A stretch of DNA of 60,382 nucleotides from a virus (IMGVR_UViG_3300020470_001595:1-60382), one strand, 5' to 3'. Positions 19,531 to 27,982 are shown, counted from the first letter of the stretch. Translations and numbers: made by a program. Notes: a model not told the origin generated them from the letters alone.

Positions 19531-19710
19531 ATGTCCTATTTACAAACAATTACTTACCAAACTGGTGGTAAAGAGTATACAGAAGAAGTTATTGCTGATA
19601 CACCTGAAAAGGCAGAAACAGCAATAAACAATAGACTTGGCACTACAATTAGTGTTCAAAGAGTATTAACTTCTGTGCCATCCACTGTGTTTACAAATGT
19701 CCTAAAGTAA
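19531..19710 (+). CDS. Small hypothetical protein, paralog B (59 aa)
   Basis: Hand-translated MSYLQTITYQTGGKEYTEEVIADTPEKA..., similar to the 19322 ORF. Confidence 0.7.
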   Translation: MSYLQTITYQTGGKEYTEEVIADTPEKAETAINNRLGTTISVQRVLTSVPSTVFTNVLK

Positions 19711-19728
19711 CCTAGCTAATTATTAATT

Positions 19729-19881
19729 ATGTCTGCTTATCGCACCGCCACAGTTACATTTTATCGTAACGATATGGGTTTGATTGATGTTGAAGTTCCA
19801 GCAACAAATTATGATGCTGCGAGAAGAATTGTTGAAGAACAATATGGTGATGTTGACATTAAGCGAGTGAATCTTAATTGA
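19729..19881 (+). CDS. Small hypothetical protein (50 aa)
   Basis: MSAYRTATVTFY...VEVPATNYDAARRIVEEQYG; stop overlaps the MTase ATG. Confidence 0.65.
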   Translation: MSAYRTATVTFYRNDMGLIDVEVPATNYDAARRIVEEQYGDVDIKRVNLN

Positions 19882-20855
19882 TGAAAGATACTATTTTATA
19901 TGGTGATTGTCGCCAAACTCTTGATACTTTAAAATCACAAATTACGATAGGTATTTGTGATAAACCACGAATGTGTGTTACATCCCCACCTTATTACGGT
20001 TTGCGTGATTATGGTGGGGAAGATAGTCAAATAGGACAAGAACAAACACCTGAAGAATATATTCAGGAGATGGTTAAAGTATTATCTAAGGTGAAAGATT
20101 GTCTTGCTGATGATGGTACATTATGGTTAAACATTGGGGATAGTTATTATAACTATAGACCTGGAAAAGGTCAAGCATTAGTTAAACAAACTGTATCTAA
20201 TACTAAACAAGATTTACCAGACAAATGTGCAAGACGAGGTAATAAATTAGATGGTGTAAAAGAGAAAGATTTAATTGGTATTCCTTGGATGTTGGCATTT
20301 GCATTAAGAGCAGATGGATGGTATTTAAGACAAGATATTATCTGGCATAAACCTAATCCAATGCCTGAAAGTGTAAGAGATAGATGTACAAAATCCCACG
20401 AATACTTATTCCTCTTAAGTAAGAACAAAAAATACTATTATGACAATGAAAGTATCAAAGAACCAGCAAAAGATTGGGGAACAAGAGATAGATCAAAAGG
20501 CAAATATCACAATAAAGGAACAGGATTACAACCACATTCAGGTCTTACAAAATCATATCCAAAAAAGAATAAACGCTCTGTCTGGTCGATAACAAATAAA
20601 CCTTATAGAGGCGCACATTTTGCTGTATTTCCACCTGAATTAATTATACCATGTATTAAAGCAGGATCACAAAAGGGTGATATTATACTAGATCCATTTA
20701 TGGGAAGTGGCACAACAGCAGTCGTAGCTAGGGATTTGGGTAGGCATTATATAGGTTGTGAATTGCATAAAGAATATTCTAAACTAATTGATGAGCGTGT
20801 GCCAACCAACAAAGTGGTACACAATGGACTGACAGAGGCACTTGCCGAGTTATAA
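19881..20855 (+). CDS. Beta-class N4-cytosine/N6-adenine DNA methyltransferase
   Basis: TSPPY before DPFMGSGT; IIWHKPN, HFAVFP. Confidence 0.95.
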   Translation: MKDTILYGDCRQTLDTLKSQITIGICDKPRMCVTSPPYYGLRDYGGEDSQIGQEQTPEEYIQEMVKVLSKVKDCLADDGTLWLNIGDSYYNYRPGKGQALVKQTVSNTKQDLPDKCARRGNKLDGVKEKDLIGIPWMLAFALRADGWYLRQDIIWHKPNPMPESVRDRCTKSHEYLFLLSKNKKYYYDNESIKEPAKDWGTRDRSKGKYHNKGTGLQPHSGLTKSYPKKNKRSVWSITNKPYRGAHFAVFPPELIIPCIKAGSQKGDIILDPFMGSGTTAVVARDLGRHYIGCELHKEYSKLIDERVPTNKVVHNGLTEALAEL

Positions 20856-20856
20856 T
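20799..20856 (+). promoter_or_regulatory. Early-type promoter motif copy 5
   Basis: GTGCCA-N6-AAAGTGGTAC with TATAAT at 20851-20856. Confidence 0.8.
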
Positions 20857-20881
20857 GAATATGTAAACAAATAAAGGATTT

Positions 20882-21301
20882 ATGACCCAAACAAGAACAG
20901 TTCCAGAGTTGGTGTCCGAATGGACAGAAGAACTCGCAAACCGTCTTAATTCTAACTATAGAAGGTATACTGTTAAAAGTTTGGAAACTTTCACTTCAGA
21001 CTATGCACAACAGAGACTAAAGAGAATTAAGTCAGGTGCAGAGAAGTTGACACAATTTGTTATTAGAGAAGGACGCAAATATTATAAAATTAATCAAGCA
21101 GAATGGCGTGATGGTGAATATGTAGACACAAGTGTTCACTGCTTTGTTGATAAGAAAACTGGTCAAGTTTACAAACCTGCTAGTTGGAAATCACCACATA
21201 CTAAGCATGTTCGTTATGATTTAAGGATCATAAAAGAGCGTGAATATGCTTATGAAAACTGCGATTGGGCAGGTGGTTGGTTATACTTAAGGAGGGGTTA
21301 A
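20882..21301 (+). CDS. Conserved phage early hypothetical protein
   Basis: SVHCFVDKKTGQVYKPASWKSP...WAGGWLY. Confidence 0.8.
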   Translation: MTQTRTVPELVSEWTEELANRLNSNYRRYTVKSLETFTSDYAQQRLKRIKSGAEKLTQFVIREGRKYYKINQAEWRDGEYVDTSVHCFVDKKTGQVYKPASWKSPHTKHVRYDLRIIKEREYAYENCDWAGGWLYLRRG

Positions 21302-21303
21302 TC

Positions 21304-21498
21304 ATGTCATTAGGTGTTATTGATTCTCGTTTAGATTTATTATCAGATGTATTAGAAGATTTCTGCACTAAACATAACTTAGAGTTAATGAGTGCAGATG
21401 ATATTTTATACGGTGATTCTGATGATAAACTATCAAATTACCAGAAAGATTGGTTGAGAAACTATATCGAAATCTGGGACATTATTGTAAACTATTAA
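21304..21498 (+). CDS. Small acidic hypothetical protein
   Basis: GGAGG SD upstream; start reassigned to MSLGVIDSR. Confidence 0.65.
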   Translation: MSLGVIDSRLDLLSDVLEDFCTKHNLELMSADDILYGDSDDKLSNYQKDWLRNYIEIWDIIVNY

Positions 21499-21509
21499 GG
21501 AGGATTAAC

Positions 21510-21659
21510 ATGTTTGTTGTATTCACCGAACCAAAGAAGTTCACCACAAGTTATAAAGAAGCATGTCAAATAGCTGATGCTCATTATAACATAACTGGTG
21601 AAATCGTAGCAGTTGAAAATAGTTCAACTAATATAATTTCATTCCCTAGTGATCATTAA
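21510..21659 (+). CDS. Small hypothetical protein
   Basis: AAGGAGG SD; start reassigned to MFVVFTEP. Confidence 0.6.
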   Translation: MFVVFTEPKKFTTSYKEACQIADAHYNITGEIVAVENSSTNIISFPSDH

Positions 21660-21812
21660 AGGAGGTTAATTTATGAGAAATTTAGGCACAATCGCTTTAC
21701 TATTTGTGTTATTTACTAACGCATTTAATTTAAGAACTAATGCACGAATTCTTAGTTCTAATGTATTAGATAGTATTAGCACAGTTGTTCACCCTTACAG
21801 GAGTTATTAATC

Positions 21813-22043
21813 ATGTTTCATAGTGAATCATTCGGGCGATTATTCTGGGTTGATGATAACAATGACTTCAGAAGTTGCCCACAAAATATAGATGGAACAG
21901 GTGATTTTAACTGTTCTGATTATGTTTCAGAGTGGACAGATTGGGAGGGTGTTAATTTTGAAACTCTCTTTAATATCCATCAGTCATGTGTACTTAATAA
22001 AAACAATTACTCAAACTCATTAACATTTAAAGGAGGTATTTAA
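21813..22043 (+). CDS. Small hypothetical protein
   Basis: GGAG SD; 76-aa ORF. Confidence 0.65.
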   Translation: MFHSESFGRLFWVDDNNDFRSCPQNIDGTGDFNCSDYVSEWTDWEGVNFETLFNIHQSCVLNKNNYSNSLTFKGGI

Positions 22044-22044
22044 C

Positions 22045-22224
22045 ATGAAAAGTTATCTAATTGAATGTGCAGAAATTAACTATTTCACAGTAGAAGTTGA
22101 TGCAGAATGTGAAGACGAAGCAAGAGCATTAGTTAGGGAAAATATAAACAATTTTGATGTAATTGATGAATGGGTATCAGATTGGGACATTAATGATGTT
22201 AAAGAAATTGCGGAGGTAGAATGA
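22045..22224 (+). CDS. Small acidic hypothetical protein (59 aa)
   Basis: AAGGAGG SD; hand-translated MKSYLIECAEINYFTVEVDAECEDEARAL... Confidence 0.65.
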   Translation: MKSYLIECAEINYFTVEVDAECEDEARALVRENINNFDVIDEWVSDWDINDVKEIAEVE

Positions 22225-22574
22225 CAAAAGTATTACAAATTGAATACACATTAACAGATGAAGAGTTAGAAAATATCCTGGAAATGGCAGGTTATGGATG
22301 TAATTATTGGGCAGATTCTATGGATATTGCTGATGATTATTCTAGTGTAACTTTCCATGATTGTGAACAAGAAGAATCACATACTTTGACTAAAGATGAT
22401 ATTGAAGCGTCCATAATTACTATAGCAGAGTGTAAGAAAGATGTACAATTACATATTAGCTATAGACAACAAGTGTTCGCTTATATTATAGACAACGATA
22501 AAACAGTTTGTGATAGTGACATGGCAGATTGGATCATTCAAAATGCAATTTTTGGTGAGGTAATTTATGGTTAA
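22221..22574 (+). CDS. Acidic hypothetical protein
   Basis: GGAGG SD; YWAD...ADWIIQNAIFGEVIYG. Confidence 0.75.
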   Translation: MTKVLQIEYTLTDEELENILEMAGYGCNYWADSMDIADDYSSVTFHDCEQEESHTLTKDDIEASIITIAECKKDVQLHISYRQQVFAYIIDNDKTVCDSDMADWIIQNAIFGEVIYG

Positions 22575-22938
22575 ATGTAAAGAATTAACCTATGATGAGG
22601 CAATCGCTGACGGGTGGGAAATGACGGGTGACGGGTTCTGGTTCAAAGAAACCAGTGAACAAAGTGGCACAAGAGAGGTTGAATATGCACCTGATAACGA
22701 GTATATTGATAATGTACTAATTGAGGAATTGATTTTGCCAGTTGAAACACAAACTGACTCTGTGCAATTTGCGTGGGGTGCTGAGATCTTAAACGATCAC
22801 AATGATTTACAAGTTGAAGAGTATGAAAAGTTAATCGAACTTGTATTCAATGAGATTAAAAAAGAATACAAAGATGATGAAACTTGCAGATTTAATTCAC
22901 TCTTACTAGGTAAACTTCTCATTCTCGCTAACCAATGA
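22567..22938 (+). CDS. Acidic hypothetical protein (possible internal TTG start at 22735)
   Basis: 123-aa ORF containing promoter copy 6 and an in-frame GAGG-preceded TTG. Confidence 0.55.
   Translation: MVKCKELTYDEAIADGWEMTGDGFWFKETSEQSGTREVEYAPDNEYIDNVLIEELILPVETQTDSVQFAWGAEILNDHNDLQVEEYEKLIELVFNEIKKEYKDDETCRFNSLLLGKLLILANQ
22649..22707 (+). promoter_or_regulatory. Early-type promoter motif copy 6
   Basis: AAACCA-N6-AAAGTGGCAC, TTGAAT-17-TATATT. Confidence 0.7.
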
Positions 22939-23113
22939 ACACAAAACTTGATGCACTATTTGATAGTTATGATGGCAATCTTCTTAACTATTTTGCAGGA
23001 TTAACACCTGAAGAATCCCGCACTTTTAATGAAACAATTAAACAGAAAAAGCAAGCACAATATTGTTATAAACCTTACCGCACACTTAACAACTACTTAG
23101 GAGGTTAATTAAC

Positions 23114-23353
23114 ATGAATAACTTACAAGAATTCATTGATTATGTGTGGTCATTTTATAACCCACAATCTGATCTTTATCCAATTAAAGGTTTAACAAAG
23201 AAAGACATATTAGAGGCAAGTTGGTTATATTTACAGATGTGTGCTTATCCATCAATGCCCGAATATTCTTGGGGTGATGGTGATAGTTTAGATAGGGAAC
23301 ATGTAAGAGATATTTTACTACAAAGTCCACAATTTTCCTTTGGAGGTGCTTAA
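23114..23353 (+). CDS. Hypothetical protein
   Basis: GGAGG SD; FIDYVWSFY...GDSLDREHVRD. Confidence 0.75.
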   Translation: MNNLQEFIDYVWSFYNPQSDLYPIKGLTKKDILEASWLYLQMCAYPSMPEYSWGDGDSLDREHVRDILLQSPQFSFGGA

Positions 23354-23598
23354 TGAAACAACTAACATCTGCACAATGGGATGAACTAATTGATCAGTAT
23401 GTTGAGTTACAAATTGATGGTATGACCCATAAAGATTTCGTTCAATTTGTAACACAAACTCTAACACAAGATTTAAGAGAAATTGAATCTAGAGAAGAGT
23501 TATGTGATGAGATTAAGTATACATTTGATGAGGAAACTTTAGATGAATTAATTGATAATGTTACATCTAATCCAAACCCTTCACTAACAATCAAATGA
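23353..23598 (+). CDS. Acidic hypothetical protein
   Basis: GGAGG SD; TAATG coupling. Confidence 0.7.
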   Translation: MKQLTSAQWDELIDQYVELQIDGMTHKDFVQFVTQTLTQDLREIESREELCDEIKYTFDEETLDELIDNVTSNPNPSLTIK

Positions 23599-23840
23599 CA
23601 CAATTAGAGAAAAACATTGCATTTTGCATTGATGAATGTAACATGGAAGATGAACAAATTGGTGACATCTTAAGATGTATTGAAAGAGAAAAGATTGCAT
23701 CTGTTGAACATTTTCTTGAAGAATTCGTCTTTATATGTTATGATGAGGACGGTGTAGAAGATGTTGATCATTTAGGTAGATTGCATGACCCAGAATATTT
23801 AAATATCGCTGAGTTTAATGCACTTTACTGGGAACAATGA
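23595..23840 (+). CDS. Acidic hypothetical protein
   Basis: ATGA coupling. Confidence 0.65.
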   Translation: MTQLEKNIAFCIDECNMEDEQIGDILRCIEREKIASVEHFLEEFVFICYDEDGVEDVDHLGRLHDPEYLNIAEFNALYWEQ

Positions 23841-24215
23841 TGAACATTAATGATCTAAAAGATGATCAGGAATTTATCATCCAAACAGACTATTTTGACT
23901 TGGAAACTAACAAGAATAGTCTAGCACATTATGAACAAAAGTGTAAAGAACTAAATGTCAGTTTAGATTACTTTATCTTTGAATTCCTCACTAAATAGCT
24001 AACACTTTCATTCTTTAAATTCACTCAAAACAATGACACAAACTACTGCACAATCTATTGTAGTTAATAAACATCAAGCAGACCTATTGTTGTGGTGTTA
24101 TGAACAAATGAGTATTGACCTATCTGATAGGGAAGAGGATGAATTGGAGGAAATTGTTGTTAAACTAGACGAAATTGCAAGCAATTAATATCATTATTTC
24201 ACAATGTAACGAAAT

Positions 24216-24266
24216 CGGGGTTTTGTATCACCATGAACATCAAAACCCCGTTTTTTATGCTATGCT
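24216..24266 (+). promoter_or_regulatory. Hairpin/terminator enclosing an NtcA-like box, followed by a -10 element
   Basis: CGGGGTTTTG...CAAAACCCCG+T6; GTA-N8-AAC at 24225-24238, then 22 nt, then TATGCT at 24261-24266. Confidence 0.5.
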
Positions 24267-24272
24267 TAAAGC

Positions 24273-24587
24273 ATGAATAATTCAATTACTAAATCTCTCT
24301 TTTCACAGTCCATCAACCTATGTGACGATTACCTAGGTTTTGAGTGGTCTTTAGGTGTTCGCACCTCTATGTTTGATTCTTACCGTAGATCAAACGATCT
24401 AGATCCAAATCTAGCAATCTATCATTATGGTAACGACATTTTCAAAGTTCGTACCATGATTTACAATGATTCAACTGGTTGCATTACTGGTGATCAGGTT
24501 GATCTCGGTTCTTTTGATAACATTTATGACGCTGAAGATTGCGCTGAATGTTATCTAAAAGATTTACTATTAGACCTCGGTGTTTAA
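24273..24587 (+). CDS. Hypothetical protein
   Basis: 104-aa ORF; ATG 6 nt after the -10 box (possibly leaderless). Confidence 0.7.
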   Translation: MNNSITKSLFSQSINLCDDYLGFEWSLGVRTSMFDSYRRSNDLDPNLAIYHYGNDIFKVRTMIYNDSTGCITGDQVDLGSFDNIYDAEDCAECYLKDLLLDLGV

Positions 24588-24619
24588 TAGTCAGCAGCAC
24601 ACATTATTCATTCTTTATT

Positions 24620-24868
24620 ATGCAAATTACTTCACAATCTGGTTCAGTTGTTGTTGATTACTATCCTGTAAAAACATGGGGTGGACAACACATAACAGAC
24701 AAATTTCTTAGAGTTCTATCATTTAATGGTGGCACATTAACTAAGAGAATTGTATCATCATTTAATATGGGTGATGATATACTTAACAGAGTTAATAATT
24801 TTGATTTCATTGTTACTGATAATTCAAAAGGTTTACCACAATTCTCATCATTAGTGGAGGAGAATTAA
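24620..24868 (+). CDS. Hypothetical protein
   Basis: Start reassigned to MQITSQSG to avoid overlap. Confidence 0.6.
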   Translation: MQITSQSGSVVVDYYPVKTWGGQHITDKFLRVLSFNGGTLTKRIVSSFNMGDDILNRVNNFDFIVTDNSKGLPQFSSLVEEN

Positions 24869-25071
24869 TGAACAAAACTAATACTTTAATCCAAAGAATT
24901 AAGGATGTAGATAACTTTCAGAATATGGCATGTTTCTGCTCTAATTGGGAAGAATTCACCATAGAATTAGCAGAGTGGGGTGTATATTCAGCAGCAAAGA
25001 TTGACTTTGATGATGATGATTTAGATATCAAATCATTAGATCAATTTATTAACAACTGGGAGGGTAATTAA
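24868..25071 (+). CDS. Small acidic hypothetical protein
   Basis: GGAGGAG SD; TAATG coupling. Confidence 0.65.
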   Translation: MNKTNTLIQRIKDVDNFQNMACFCSNWEEFTIELAEWGVYSAAKIDFDDDDLDIKSLDQFINNWEGN

Positions 25072-25420
25072 TAATGTCAAGAGTATTAAATCTCAAGTCA
25101 GATGTAATTGATTGTCTACTATCTGACTACCCAGAGTATAAACGAGAGAATCTCTTAAATGAGATTTTAGTAGACTATCTTTCCCTAATTGATGATGATA
25201 GACTATCAGAATTAGAGGACATTGTTGTTAACCAATTTGAGGCAATTTAATTATGTCAGTATTACATCACGAGTCAATTCTTGAAACTTTGTTTGAAGAA
25301 GTATGCGAAGAATATCCTCAATTTAGTGAGGAACAATGCGAGGTTATTGCATATCAACGCTTTGAAGATATGTGCCAATAGCTATTATAAACTGTGTACA
25401 CACTAAATGTTATTTAAGGT

Positions 25421-25478
25421 GTACCAGTCAACAAAGTGTCCCACAAGTGGTATACACGCCCCCTAAATCGTGTATAAT
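25421..25478 (+). promoter_or_regulatory. Early-type promoter motif copy 7
   Basis: GTACCA-N6-AAAGTGTCCC with TATAAT at 25473-25478. Confidence 0.8.
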
Positions 25479-25513
25479 TAAAGAGTCAAGCAAACAAAGC
25501 ATTTTTGAACCCT

Positions 25514-25852
25514 ATGAGAAAACTTGAAAAGCAAATGAACTCAGCACTTCTAAGAAAGGCAAACTGGGCAGGTAGCAACACCACAGTTCAGTATAATGAG
25601 TTAACAAATTGCTCACAAGTCTTACTACATGGTCATAACATTGCAACGCTAGATCATCACACTAATGCACTCAAATTGTCATCTTGTGGTTATCAAACAG
25701 TAACGACAAAATCAAGACTAAATGCATTACTTAGTGAGTTCAAATATGGTTGCAAAGTGTTTCAAAAGAACTTTGATTGGTATCTCTCCACTATTAACGA
25801 AACCGTTGATTTTTGGGATGGAATGATACTTTGTCAAGGTCAAATCATCTGA
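25514..25852 (+). CDS. Conserved phage early hypothetical protein
   Basis: MRKLEKQM...LHGHNIA...TTKSRLNALL...VFQKNFDWY. Confidence 0.75.
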   Translation: MRKLEKQMNSALLRKANWAGSNTTVQYNELTNCSQVLLHGHNIATLDHHTNALKLSSCGYQTVTTKSRLNALLSEFKYGCKVFQKNFDWYLSTINETVDFWDGMILCQGQII

Positions 25853-26047
25853 TTTGTTGAAACATAGTCCCTCTAATCACCTCTAGGGGACTATAAACAT
25901 ACTAGGGGTATTTTTGTACCTTATTTTACTACAATGTCTCTACAATCTGTTCCTTTTGTTAACATTGACCTTGAAGAGTTCTTTGAAGATTGTGTTAACG
26001 GAAATGATGTAATTGCCCGTCTTAATGAACTCGTAGGAGAGTAATTA

Positions 26048-26344
26048 ATGCCTCGTAAATCTTCTCTAACAGTTGAAAAACTGTCAAAAGATATAAACTT
26101 CTTTGAAGGATATGTCGCTAAATGTGAAATAGCTTTTGCATCAGTTAGTAACACATTGCTCTTAGATTTCATCTCTAAATATCAACAAGATGATGTAATC
26201 GTAGACCTAGTTAGTGTTAATGACTACATTGCACATTTCAACATTTATAGTAATGGAGAAAAGCAATTACGCTCACTAATTAACATTATAGGTGAAGATC
26301 TAAATGTTATTGACTTTGAGTTAATTTCACTGGAGGAGTGTTAA
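26048..26344 (+). CDS. Hypothetical protein
   Basis: GGAG SD; 98 aa. Confidence 0.6.
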   Translation: MPRKSSLTVEKLSKDINFFEGYVAKCEIAFASVSNTLLLDFISKYQQDDVIVDLVSVNDYIAHFNIYSNGEKQLRSLINIIGEDLNVIDFELISLEEC

Positions 26345-26348
26345 TAAT

Positions 26349-26371
26349 AGGGGGATCATTTTCCCCCTTTT
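26349..26371 (+). terminator. Intrinsic terminator
   Basis: AGGGGGA-TCATTT-TCCCCCT followed by a T-run. Confidence 0.7.
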
Positions 26372-26578
26372 GTTATTACTCAAGCACACACTATTCACCC
26401 CTTTTAATTAACAACTATGAACACTAATCCTCAACCAGTTGTTATCACTAACTATGATGCGATTGTCGAGTATTTTAAGTTATTCCCAGAACAATTAATG
26501 CAAAATGTGAGTAACAACGAGTCACGCCCGATTTCGCCCCTAGATTATAAACAATCTAATAACAATAAGGGTGCTTAA

Positions 26579-26767
26579 ATGACAACTAAACCTACACAAT
26601 ACTCAGTGGATTTATCACACAATCAACTGTCATTCTTACACGCATTAGTATTAAACTATCAGCAAGTTTGGAATGGAAAAGATAACAAACTTCCTGAACA
26701 TGTAGACGATTTATTACAAACAACACTACACCAGTTAGTATCATGCAGGAAGCAGACTTCAAAGTAG
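26579..26767 (+). CDS. Small hypothetical protein
   Basis: 62-aa ORF. Confidence 0.5.
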   Translation: MTTKPTQYSVDLSHNQLSFLHALVLNYQQVWNGKDNKLPEHVDDLLQTTLHQLVSCRKQTSK

Positions 26768-27015
26768 GAGTAACAATTAAGTATGATAATATCGTGGGTG
26801 ATGTACAATTTGTTGGTGATACTTACATCACCTTTTGTGTTAGTGAACAACCCTCACATTGCAAACATTCTTTATATCCAACCTGTAAAGTTGCTATGCT
26901 AGTTTATCCTCACCAGTTCAAAGATTGTGAGTTGATTAGTAACAACAATTCCACAGAAGATTCTCTACTAAGTGGATATAAGGCGCAAAAGTATAGACCC
27001 CTTGATACACAATGA
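26743..27015 (+). CDS. Hypothetical protein
   Basis: 90-aa ORF, last gene before the ORF-poor interval. Confidence 0.55.
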   Translation: MQEADFKVGVTIKYDNIVGDVQFVGDTYITFCVSEQPSHCKHSLYPTCKVAMLVYPHQFKDCELISNNNSTEDSLLSGYKAQKYRPLDTQ

Positions 27016-27049
27016 GTTTGAAAGATTTGCCACTAAGTAATAAGAACTG

Positions 27050-27081
27050 TTTTCCACAGTTATTAACACTTTTGTGGAAAA
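27050..27081. promoter_or_regulatory. Inverted pair of cyanobacterial-type DnaA boxes
   Basis: TTTTCCACA (27050-27058), TTATTAACA (27060-27068), TGTGGAAAA (27073-27081). Confidence 0.5.
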
Positions 27082-27200
27082 GTACGCATTTCTTTTAAAT
27101 ACTTAAATAAACAAGTATGCGTGTTATGTATCATTAACTGTGTGGTCACTAAATGATACTCTAAGGGGTCTAATTGCGTGATTATGATGTTAGTAAAGCG

Positions 27201-27229
27201 AGCGTAACATGAGGATCGCAGAATGTCAA
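27201..27229 (-). promoter_or_regulatory. Sigma70-type promoter, minus strand
   Basis: TTGACA-17-TACGCT with extended TG. Confidence 0.6.
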
Positions 27230-27306
27230 GTAGGGGACACACAGTTTGTAACACACAGTCCATTAAATCCTCATGCAGTTGTTATAACATAAGACCTGCA
27301 CAGTTG

Positions 27307-27335
27307 TTGACAGTCTGTGAGTATCATGTTATAAT
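27307..27335 (+). promoter_or_regulatory. Consensus sigma70-type promoter
   Basis: TTGACA-17-TATAAT with extended TG. Confidence 0.85.
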
Positions 27336-27412
27336 ACAATGTATACACAACTATGAGGTAATCATGACACTCTGAGTATCACTGAGCATTATGTAATTGG
27401 CAGTCTTATGTT

Positions 27413-27442
27413 ATACTAACTGTAACACACAGTAAGTGTCAA
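27413..27442 (-). promoter_or_regulatory. Sigma70-type promoter, minus strand
   Basis: TTGACA-18-TAGTAT. Confidence 0.55.
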
Positions 27443-27607
27443 CAATTCGGCAGTGTTTTTGTTCTTATGTGTTATCGTGGGGTGTTGCGATGCGGTGTTT
27501 AAAACGAAGGAACCTTTGTAAGCTATAAACGACCCAATTCGACCTTTCGATATCTGTCTAGAAAAAAAATTTCTGATATATAAAATCATAGGTCAGTCCA
27601 CAATAAT

Positions 27608-27772
27608 GTGAAAAAATTTAATAAATTCAAAACTCCCATAAGGGTCGATAATGTAACTGATGAGTACATTATAGCAGTTCCAGAAAGATTTGTCAATGAA
27701 CTCGATTGGTATGAGGACACCGAGGTTACTATAAACCTCACAGATGACGGACTTTACATTGAAGAAGAATGA
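27608..27772 (+). CDS. Small AbrB/MazE-like protein (54 aa)
   Basis: GTG start; YIIAVPERFVNELDWYEDTEV...DGLYI fits the swapped-hairpin pattern. Confidence 0.55.
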   Translation: MKKFNKFKTPIRVDNVTDEYIIAVPERFVNELDWYEDTEVTINLTDDGLYIEEE

Positions 27773-27936
27773 ACACAACTTTCCATGTATACGACAACCA
27801 TAATACACCTGTAGGGGATTTAATTAATCTGGATGAAGAGCAATTGATCAAAAAGATTAGAGAGAGGGTTAATAATTATGATGAACTCACTATAGTTAAA
27901 GTAGAACAAGATGATATGGCAGATGCTTCATATTGA
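27769..27936 (+). CDS. Small hypothetical protein (55 aa)
   Basis: Hand-translated MNTTFHVYD...DASY; ATGA coupling. Confidence 0.6.
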   Translation: MNTTFHVYDNHNTPVGDLINLDEEQLIKKIRERVNNYDELTIVKVEQDDMADASY

Positions 27937-27961
27937 CTGTGCATATATAATCTGTTATAAT
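27933..27961 (+). promoter_or_regulatory. Sigma70-type promoter
   Basis: TTGACT-17-TATAAT with extended TG. Confidence 0.8.
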
Positions 27962-27982
27962 AACGAAGTGTTTTAAAACATT

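Noticed and set aside
25865-25893. Inverted repeat TAGTCCC...GGGACTA as a terminator
   Set aside because: No adjacent U-tract; function unclear, so not called
27063-27263. Minus-strand 66-aa ORF across the DnaA boxes
   Set aside because: Starts upstream of the 27201-27229 promoter, atypical composition, no clear SD; probably spurious
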